NCBI GenBank assembly: GCA_963801445.1
Contig: CAWDEW010000010.1
Coordinates: forward strand, 21,338-85,337
From: an uncultured Chloroflexia bacterium
Lineage (GTDB): Bacteria; Chloroflexota; Limnocylindria; Limnocylindrales; CSP1-4
Length of the DNA stretch: 64,000 nucleotides
Reading direction: 5' to 3'
The translations under genes were made by a program, and so were the position numbers. Within the stretch, counting starts at the first letter, position 1. Every line of letters begins with the position of its first letter. This document shows positions 30,073 to 37,852 of this stretch, in pieces. The notes under the pieces were generated by a model that saw only the letters and a list, made by a program, of their open reading frames with translations, searched no databases and was not told the DNA's origin.

Positions 30073-30147
30073 CCGTCCACAGTCAATCCACGGCGCGGGT
30101 CGATTGCCCGGGGCTGCCGGTGGACAACTCGCGGAGTTCGTGGACAT
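30073..30147. promoter_or_regulatory. Four degenerate DnaA-box-like 9-mers upstream of dnaB
   Basis: ccgtccaca 30073, caatccacg 30084, and inverted ttgtccacc 30119-30127, atgtccacg 30139-30147. Confidence 0.45.
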
Positions 30148-30215
30148 CCCGCTTCCCTGGCCCGCTCCGGTCGGCGACCATGACAGGAGCCCTCGCCCCC
30201 GAATCCGGAGTTCGC

Positions 30216-31577
30216 GTGTCCCTCGATCGCCTGCCGCCCCAGAACATCGAGGCGGAGCAGTCCGTCCTCGGCGCCCTCCTGATCGACCGCGACGCGATCA
30301 TCGAGGTCGCTGACGTCCTGAAGTCGGACGACTTCTACCGCCAGGCGCATGGCCGGATCTACGCCGCCATGATCGACCTCTGGGAGCGGCGCGAGCCGAT
30401 CGACATCGTGACGGTGTCGGAGGTCCTCGAGCGCAACGGCGATCTCGAGCAGGTCGGCGGCAGGGCCTACCTGTCGTCGCTCTCGGAGCAGACGCCGACT
30501 GCCGTCTTCGCCTCGCAGTACGCCCGGATCGTCGAGCGCAAGTCCGTCCTCCGGAACCTCATCGCTGCCGCCGGCCGGATCGCGGGGATCGGGTACGAGG
30601 ATGGTCCCGAGGTCCAGGAGGCGATCGACCGCGCGGAGTCGGAGCTGTTCGCCGTCTCGGAGCGGCGCCTGTCGGCCGGCTTCTCGCCGCTCAAGGCGCT
30701 GCTCCACGAGGCATTCGACAGGCTCGACTACCTGCACACGCATCGCGGAGAGATCAGCGGGATCCGGACCGGGTTCCCCGACCTCGACACGCTGACCGCC
30801 GGGCTCCAGCCGTCGGACCTGGTCGTCCTGGCTGCCCGCCCGTCGGTGGGCAAGACGAGCCTTGCCCTGAACATCGCCGAGTTCGCCGCCATCCGCAACA
30901 CGCCGCGCAAGGCGGTCGGGATCTTCAGCCTCGAGATGAGCAAGGAACAGCTCGTCCTTCGCCTGCTCAGCTCCGTCGGCAACATCGACAGCCAGCGCCT
31001 GCGCTCCGGCTTCCTCGACGAGATGGACTTCGTCGGCGTCAGCCGGGCGATGACCGGCCTCTCGGAGGCCCCGATCTACATCGACGACACGCCGAACATC
31101 AGCACGATGGAGCTCCGCACGAAGGCCCGCCGGCTGCAGGCGGAGGTCGGCCTGGACCTCGTCATCGTCGACTACCTCCAGCTGATGCAGGCGTCCTCGA
31201 CCAGCCGCGACGCCAACCGGGTCCAGGAGGTGAGCGAGATCAGCCGCGGCCTCAAGGCCCTTGCGCGCGAGCTGAAGGTGCCCGTGCTGGCGCTCTCGCA
31301 GCTGTCGCGCCAGCCCGAGATGCGCGAGTCGAAGGAGCCCCGCCTCTCGGACCTGCGCGAGTCCGGCGCCATCGAGCAGGACGCGGACCTGGTGCTGTTC
31401 CTGTGGCGAGAGAAGGAACGGGCGGGCGAAGAGGTCGACGCCGACGGCGAGGTCGTGAAGCTCCGCCTGGCCAAGCACCGCAACGGCCCGACCGGCGAGG
31501 TCGACCTCTGGTTCAAGAAGTCGCAGACGCGCTTCGTCAGCTATGCCGGGGAACGGTTCGCGGGCGCAGCACCGTAG
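30216..31577 (+). CDS. dnaB: Replicative DNA helicase
   Basis: LPPQNIEAEQSVLG, ARPSVGKT, VDYLQLM, SDLRESGAIEQDAD. Confidence 0.98.
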   Translation: MSLDRLPPQNIEAEQSVLGALLIDRDAIIEVADVLKSDDFYRQAHGRIYAAMIDLWERREPIDIVTVSEVLERNGDLEQVGGRAYLSSLSEQTPTAVFASQYARIVERKSVLRNLIAAAGRIAGIGYEDGPEVQEAIDRAESELFAVSERRLSAGFSPLKALLHEAFDRLDYLHTHRGEISGIRTGFPDLDTLTAGLQPSDLVVLAARPSVGKTSLALNIAEFAAIRNTPRKAVGIFSLEMSKEQLVLRLLSSVGNIDSQRLRSGFLDEMDFVGVSRAMTGLSEAPIYIDDTPNISTMELRTKARRLQAEVGLDLVIVDYLQLMQASSTSRDANRVQEVSEISRGLKALARELKVPVLALSQLSRQPEMRESKEPRLSDLRESGAIEQDADLVLFLWREKERAGEEVDADGEVVKLRLAKHRNGPTGEVDLWFKKSQTRFVSYAGERFAGAAP

Positions 31578-31749
31578 CCGGCGCTCGCCGTCGCCGCCCG
31601 GGCGCGCCCTGGCTGCCCGAGCTCGGTCTCGGCGCGTCTCGTCGGGCAGGACCGGCCGGTTCCGGCGCCGCTCCGTGGTCTGAGCTGAGTCCGGACCAGT
31701 CTCGGCAGGCGAATCTGCGCATGCTCTGCGCGCCGTCCGCGTCGGCCCA

Positions 31750-31778
31750 TTGCCAGCCCGCGGGGCCGTCCCTATAGT
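31750..31778 (+). promoter_or_regulatory. Sigma70-type promoter TTGCCA-17-TATAGT
   Basis: -35 at 31750-31755, -10 at 31773-31778; followed by an about 110-nt hairpin-rich leader. Confidence 0.6.
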
Positions 31779-31893
31779 GCCGCGAACGGTTGCGAATTGG
31801 TGACATGACCGGCAGCCGGGCCCGGATCGCCGGGCACCAGCCGGCCCCGGGAGTCGCACCCGGATCCACCGAGGGAGAGGGTTGGCACCAGCC

Positions 31894-32190
31894 GTGTACG
31901 AAGACCGGACCCTGCAGTGTCGCGACTGCGCGGAGAGCTTCATCTTCTCGACCGGGGAGCAGGCGTTCTTCGCCAGCAAGGGGCTCCAGAACGTGCCCCA
32001 GCGCTGCCCGACCTGTCGAGCGGCTGCGCGGCGCGCTCGCACGACCGGCGGACCCCGCGAGTTCCACGCCGCGGTATGTGCCTCGTGCAGCGGCCAGGCC
32101 GTCGTCCCCTTCGCCCCACGATCGGACAAGCCGGTCTACTGCAGCGCCTGCTTCGAGAAGATGCGACCGGCACCCTCGGCGCTCGCCTAG
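31894..32190 (+). CDS. Zinc-ribbon / CxxC-x17-CxxC domain protein
   Basis: EDRTLQCRDC..FIFSTGEQAFF..KG...P.RCPTC and VCASC...VPF.P...KPVYCSACF. Confidence 0.9.
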   Translation: MYEDRTLQCRDCAESFIFSTGEQAFFASKGLQNVPQRCPTCRAAARRARTTGGPREFHAAVCASCSGQAVVPFAPRSDKPVYCSACFEKMRPAPSALA

Positions 32191-32239
32191 ACTCCGTCAA
32201 CCGGCAGACGGACTCGGCCGGTTGGCACGGAGGAAACGA

Positions 32240-32446
32240 ATGGGCGTGATCATCATCCGCGAGATGGTCGGGACCAGCCCGGCTTCGTGGAGCGACGCGG
32301 CGCGCCAGGCCGTCGCCACCGCTTCACGGACGGTCCGCAACATCCGGACCGTGGAGGTCGTGAAGTCCACGGCGATCGTCGAGAACGGGGAGATCGTCGA
32401 ATACCGCGTCGATCTGAAGATCGGCTTCGAGTACGAGGGGGCCTGA
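32240..32446 (+). CDS. Dodecin-family protein
   Basis: EMVGTSPASWSDA..QAV..AS.TVRNI...EYRV.LKIGF; GGAGG RBS. Confidence 0.85.
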   Translation: MGVIIIREMVGTSPASWSDAARQAVATASRTVRNIRTVEVVKSTAIVENGEIVEYRVDLKIGFEYEGA

Positions 32447-32542
32447 GACAGAGGCGACGCCCAGCCGGCGCCGGGTCGCGACTGCGCCGCGCGAGGGTCG
32501 AAGATAAGCCCGTGGTGAGCGTGGTCCGGCAGGATCGCGGCC

Positions 32543-35500
32543 ATGGCTCACGCGGGCTCCGACCTCACCCTCCGCACCGGTCGCACCGCCGCCGTTCCCG
32601 ACGGCTCGCGATCGCTCGCGCCCTCGCAGCGCGAGCCCCGCCTCGTGGCCGTCGGGCCGGGCCCAGCGATCCCGGACCAGTCGCCCGTGTTCGGCTCGAC
32701 GATGCAGGTGCACGAGTACCCCGTCCAGGACGGCAAGATCCAGCCACCGCTCCTCCCCGAGGAGACGCTCCAGCGCGACCGCCTGCTCGACTGGCTGCAC
32801 GCAAAGGTCCGCGGGCGGCTCGTGCTGATCCTCGCGGACGCCGGCTACGGCAAGACGACGCTGCTGGCCGACTGGACGCGTCGGACGAGGGTGCGAGCGC
32901 TCTGGTATCGCCTGGACGAGCACGACCGGGATTGGCCGGTGTTCATCCGCCACATCGTCGCGGCCGGGCGCGAGATCGACCCGGGCTTCGCACCCCAGAC
33001 GGAGGCGCTCCTGCGCGAGCTGGGCACCCCGCTCACGGATCGCCCGACCGTCGTTCGGACCCTCCAGGGAGAGCTGCAGGCGTGGGCGACCACCGGAACC
33101 GCGCTCGTCCTGGATGATTGGCACGCCGTCGACGACGTGCCCGAGATCCGCGACATCGTCCGGGAGCTGATCCTCCGCGGCCCGGATCGGCTGACCGTCG
33201 TCATCGCCTCCCGGCGACGCCCCACGCTCCCGGTCGCTCGCCTGCGCGCGATCGGCGAGGCCGCGGAGATCAGCACCGACGATCTCCGATTCGACCGCGA
33301 CGAAACCGAGCGTCTCTTCCGCGACAGCTACAAGCACCCGCTCGAGCGAGACCTGCTCGACGATCTGGCGCGCACGACCGACGGCTGGGCCGCGACGCTG
33401 CGCCTCGTCGAGTCGGCCGTTCGCGGCCGACCGCGCGAGGAGGTGCGCGCGGTGATCCGCAGCCTGTCCGGACGCCACGGCGACCTGCACGACTACCTGG
33501 CCGAGGAGGTCGTGGGGCGCATGTCCCTGGAGCAGCAGTCGTTCGTCGAACGGTGCTCGATCCTCGGGGTCGCGACCGCCGAGCTCGCCGCCGTCGCCGC
33601 CCAGGTCTCGGGCGATGAGGCGCGGTCCCACCTCGACGCCGCCGAGTCCTACGGCCTGCTCGCGCGCCGCGGTCGGACCGGTCAGGCCGGCCGACTCTTC
33701 CACCCGCTGGTCCGCACGTTCCTGGAGGGAAGGCTGCAGGACGCCGTCGGCGACGCGGAGGTCCGGGCCACCCACGCGCGGGTCGCCCGCGCTGCCGAGG
33801 CAGTCTCGTGGGCCGTCTCCGGTCACCATTACGCCGCGGCCGGCCTCAACACCGACGTCGCGCGCGTCCTCGCCGCCGCCGTCCCGACCATCCTCGGATC
33901 GGGCGCTCACGAGGAGGCCCGGCATCTTGAAGAGTACCTAGGCGGATCCCACCCAGGCGCGTGGTCCTACGTTCTGGAGGCGCACCGGAAGCTCCGGCTC
34001 GGCGATGTCGCCGGGGCGATCAACGCGGCTAACGCCATTGCACCTCTCCTAGAGTCCGGCGACATGTCCGTTAGCCGTCCCGTCGCGGCGACAGCTCGGA
34101 TGAATGCCTACTACGGCGCCGGCGAGTTCGAGATGGCATACCTCGAGGCCAAGTCAATCGAGTCGGATGGCAGCGAAGAGATCCCCGCGGAGCTTGCCCA
34201 GTCTGTCGTACTTCTGACCGAGTCGATGGTCGATGGTGATTTGAACGTGACTCTCCGGACGTGTCGCGAATTGGCGCGACGGATGTCGCTGCGGGGGCTC
34301 CACCACTACGAGGGGATCTCGTGGGTTAACGCGGGCTGGATCTGCCGAGTCCTGTTCGACTCCGCTGGAGCGAGAGAAGCCGGGCTCAGGGCCGTCGAAT
34401 GTCTGAGCTTCCACATCGTCCGGCCCTGAGATCAGTACCGCGCTCGCGGTCGCGGCGTGGGCCATGGCCCACTCGGGAGATACCAGCGGCGCAGGAGCCA
34501 CTCTGGCGAGAAGTCTGGAAGGTCAGTTCTGGAGCGCTCGGTTCGAGAGCCTTGTCGAGGCCGCCGACGTCCACAGTCCATATGGAGACGCGACCGAGGC
34601 GCGGCGGTTGCTCGACGACGCGGCCCGGGTTCAGGCGCCGAACCCGCGGCAGCGGCTGTTCCACGACTTGGTCAATGGCGAACACCTTGTTCGGGAGGGC
34701 GACCCGAAGGCGGCGCTTTCGATGCTCGACACCATCGCACATGGCACGCCAACCGGTTACCCGGGCTTCTACGTTCGCCTAGAGCTCGCGAGAGTCCACG
34801 CCCGCGTCCGTCTTGGCTGCCTCTCACGCGAGGACGCCGAGAAGGCAGAGCGGCGAGCCCGGCAGCAAGGGGCGGAGGCGGTGTTACCGCTCCTGCACGG
34901 CTTGATTGCCGTCGCCTGGGACAAGGCAGCACATCTTGACTCGCGAATTATGAGACTCGCTGAGACAGAGCCGGCGCTCGTGACCACGTTTGCCGAGGCA
35001 ATCCTGGACCGCAGCGACAGCTTGTCGGAATCCACTATGTCTGAGCTCGCGCGTGTCGCCCAAGTATTCCCCGAGCGATGGCGGCATGCGGCGAGATGCT
35101 CGATCGCAGATCCCGCGCCGAGCGTCCAGGCCAAGGCCGGATTGCTCCTCGAGGCAGTCGGGGATCGATCGGATGTGGCCAGGCTTCGGGAGCTCAGCCG
35201 ACAGCTTAGGGCGCCCTTTGCGAACCCGGACCTTGGGCGCAAGCTCGCGAGGCGCGTGGCCGACCGCGTAGTGGTTGAGGACCTCGGGCGAGTGTCGGTC
35301 CACGTTGGATCCCGAACCATCTCTGGCAGTTCCATTCGCCGAAAGGCTCTGGCACTCCTCTGCTTTCTCGTCTCTCAAAGAGGCTTTGCTGCCTCAAGAG
35401 ATCAGGTCCTGGAGGCAATGTGGCCCGAGTTTGAGCCCGATCAGGCCCTCAATTCCCTACACCAGACGGCGTACTTCCTCCGCCGCGTATTCGAGCAGCC

Positions 35501-35976
35501 ATTCAGTGAGGACACATCGCCCGGGTATTTGCGCACCTGACGGTGAACTCATCTGGCTCGACAGCGAATTGGTGCAGTCACAGAGCAGAACCTTCCGGGA
35601 TCTGATCACAAGCCAGGGTGGAGAAGACGATCCGATCCTCGTGGACAAGATCACGCTGCTCTATGGTGGCCGCTTCGCTCTCGACTTCCTCTATGACGAG
35701 TGGGCGCGGCCTGCGAGAGAGTCGATGCACACCCGCTACGTGGAGGTGGTAGAGCGGTCAGTCACGTCCGATATGAGGTCCGGCCACTTCGGGAGGGCCA
35801 TCACGATCGCAGGACGGGCTCTGGAAGTGGACCCGAGCTTGGACGAGATGGAGAAGAACCTGGTCAAGCTCTACCAGCTGTCCGGCGCACATCGTGCCGC
35901 GGCTGAGCAGTACGCGCATTACGCAGAGACCATGCGCGAGTTGGGCCTCGAGGTCCCGCCGCTGGATCTTCTTTGA
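32543..35976 (+). CDS. Large MalT-like STAND transcriptional regulator: NTPase, helical/TPR-like sensor, C-terminal wHTH plus BTAD; frameshifts near 34410 and 35537
   Basis: KIQPP..LQRDRLL, ADAGYGKTT, LVLDDWH, GWAATLRL, DYLAEEV; C-terminal LGRVSV..RKALALLCFL..SRDQVLEAMWP and LY.G.F..D..YDEW..AR; single-base removals join three ORF-track pieces (about 1140 aa). Confidence 0.85.
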
Positions 35977-36026
35977 GGGGATCGGTAATCTACGAGCGGT
36001 CCAGTGTGCCTAGGTAGGGTTCCGTA

Positions 36027-36056
36027 TTGACCGAGTAGGAGAACAGTACCTACTGT
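36027..36056 (+). promoter_or_regulatory. Promoter TTGACC-18-TACTGT with inverted repeat AGTAGG-N9-CCTACT
   Basis: TTGACC 36027-36032, AGTAGG 36034-36039, CCTACT 36049-36054, TACTGT 36051-36056; UUCG hairpin CTAGTAC-TTCG-GTACTAG at 36068-36085. Confidence 0.6.
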
Positions 36057-36099
36057 CGCGATGACCACTAGTACTTCGGTACTAGGAGGCCGTGATAGG

Positions 36100-36179
36100 T
36101 TCTTCGGGCGCGATGATGCCCGTCCCTGAACTGGGCACTTAGGGGACGGACGGAGCGGCTAGTGCAACCGACCGGCGAA
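36100..36179 (+). ncRNA. Cyclic di-GMP-II riboswitch aptamer
   Basis: P1 TTCTTCGG/CCGGCGAA; ATGATG kink-turn strand; stem CCGTCCCT/AGGGGACGG; loop GGGCACTT pseudoknotting with AGTGC; GAG; TAGTGCAACCGACC; CGC/GCG pairing where the C. acetobutylicum aptamer has AAC/GUU (recalled consensus). Confidence 0.88.
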
Positions 36180-36200
36180 TAAGCAGGTCGGTTTTCGTGT
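36166..36200 (+). terminator. Intrinsic terminator overlapping the riboswitch 3' end
   Basis: AACCGACC (36166-36173) / GGTCGGTT (36186-36193) stem followed by TTCGTGTT. Confidence 0.7.
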
Positions 36201-36292
36201 TGGGGGGTCACGGAAACCCATTGGAGGGCACACGATGGGTCCCGAGTTCAGCGTCAAGCCCTGGTAGCACGGCAAGCAGCGAGTCTTATCGA

Positions 36293-36385
36293 ATGATGAA
36301 GACGCGATTGCTACAGGTCCTCGCGACCATGGCAACCCTCGCCGCCGCCGTGTTGGCTGGTGGCGCGTCGCTGAGGGGTTTCTAG
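36293..36385 (+). CDS. 30-aa putative signalling peptide precursor MMKTRLLQVLATMATLAAAVLAGGASLRGF
   Basis: Basic N-terminus, hydrophobic core, AGGA, short polar tail; sole ORF between riboswitch and HD-GYP gene. Confidence 0.75.
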   Translation: MMKTRLLQVLATMATLAAAVLAGGASLRGF

Positions 36386-36459
36386 GTACCGAAGTCCCAT
36401 TCCGGCCCGGTACGCTCCCGGCTAGCATCATGACGGGTAGCCGCTGACGCCGAGGACGG

Positions 36460-37840
36460 ATGTCTAGATCCCTCAAGCTATACCTCACGGCGCTCGTGAC
36501 CATAGGCGGTCTTGTGATCGTGGTCACGAGCGTTGTGATTCAGCCCGACCAGCGAATCGCGATCGACCTTTCCGGCTCGAGCGCGGTCAATGTTGCGCTC
36601 GGGCTCGGCTTTTGGACCGTCGTGACTCTCGCCGCCTCGGCGTTCCCTGTCACAATGCCCCGCGGCTCCGTCGTGAGTACGTCGATCGCGCCGATGGTGG
36701 CGGTCATGTACCTCGGAGGTCCAGCGGCTGCTGCGATCGTGGCGACCCTTGGGACGACCGAATTGCGAGAGCTGCGAGGTCGCGTCCCCTGGTATGGAAC
36801 GCTGGCAAACCATATCGGGGTCGCTGTTCCGGCAATAGCCGGTGCCGCGGTGATTCGTTGGATTGGCGGGCCGGGTGCGCCCGGGTTGCACGATTTCGCG
36901 GCGACCCTGTTGGGCGGGCTGGTGTTCCATTCGATGAACATCACGCTCTGCCGCCATCAGTGTTGCTCTGCGCCGCGATGAAGGCGTGGCTGGAGTCGTT
37001 CTCGCCGACCTTCGACTCTACTTCCTGTCGGGACTCGCGATTGTCCCTCTGGCTTGGTTGATGGCCCAGCTCTACAACATCGCCGGCGTCGGCTGGTGGG
37101 CGGTACTGCTCGTTGTTCTTCCTGTCTACGTGATGCGGCTAGCCTTGCGACAAGTCGTCGAGATGCGGGAGATGTTCACCCAGACCATTGGGGCGCTCGC
37201 CGGGGCGGTGGATGCGCGGGATGTCTACACGTCGAACCACAGCCATCGGGTCCAGACGATCGCGGTGGACATCGGGCGCGTGATGAAGCTTCCGGAGCAC
37301 GAGATCGAGGCCCTGGAGTGGGGCGGCCTGCTCCATGACATCGGGAAGATCGGGGTGCCGGACAGCGTCCTGCTCAACCCGGGGAAGCTCACCAAGGAAG
37401 AGCGGGCCTCGATGAACGCGCATCCCGTGAAGGGAGCCAAGATCGTCGCGAAGGTCGAGAAGCTGGCGCCGGAGCTGCCGATCATTCGCCACCACCACGA
37501 GTGGTACAACGGGTCCGGGTACCCGGACCGGTTGATGGGCGACGAGATCCCCAAGCTCGCCCGGGTCCTGCACGTCGCCGATGCTTTCGAGGCGATGATC
37601 GCCCAGAGACCCTACCGGATGAGCCCGTTGACGCATGAGCAGGCGATCGCTGAGCTGCGCAAGTTCTCGGGGATCCAGTTCGACCCGGTCGTCGTCGACG
37701 CCTTCGTCAAGACGAAGTGGGCCGACGGGTTCGGGGATTTCAACCGCTCGCACCCGATGCGAACCGTGCCCTACCTCGCCCAGGCCGCGAGCCGGATGGC
37801 GCCGCCGCCCGGGGACGCGGCTCCAGCCGACGCCTCCTGA
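36460..37840 (+). CDS. Membrane-anchored HD-GYP c-di-GMP phosphodiesterase; +1 frameshift near 36950
   Basis: About 6-7 N-terminal TM helices; HSHRV, LHDIGKIG, HHHEWYNGSGYP, ARVLHVADAFEAM; GAGGA RBS; dropping one T in ctc-t-gcc gives ITLAAISVALRRDEGVAGVVLAD. Confidence 0.92.
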
Positions 37841-37852
37841 GCTCGACCGCGA

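Noticed and set aside
25791-31577. lexA/dinB/dnaB block as prophage or ICE
   Set aside because: Interleaved with rplI, host-like GC and codon usage, and no integrase, att sites or structural genes.
31880-32228. Shared GGTTGGCAC 9-mer before the zinc-ribbon and dodecin genes as sigma54 promoters
   Set aside because: No TTGC at the -12 position, and both sit next to ribosome-binding sites; could be chance.
36205-36275. Second, tandem c-di-GMP aptamer (GGAAAC...GGGCAC...GAGTT, ACCCAT/ATGGGT stem)
   Set aside because: Lacks the ATGA kink-turn strand and AGTGCAACCG; at most a degenerate remnant. An Infernal run would settle it.
36197-36292. 62-aa TTG-started extension of the peptide ORF
   Set aside because: The extension overlaps the terminator run-off and a hairpin, is low-complexity and has no coding signal; the ATG ATG at 36293 starts a coherent signal-like peptide.
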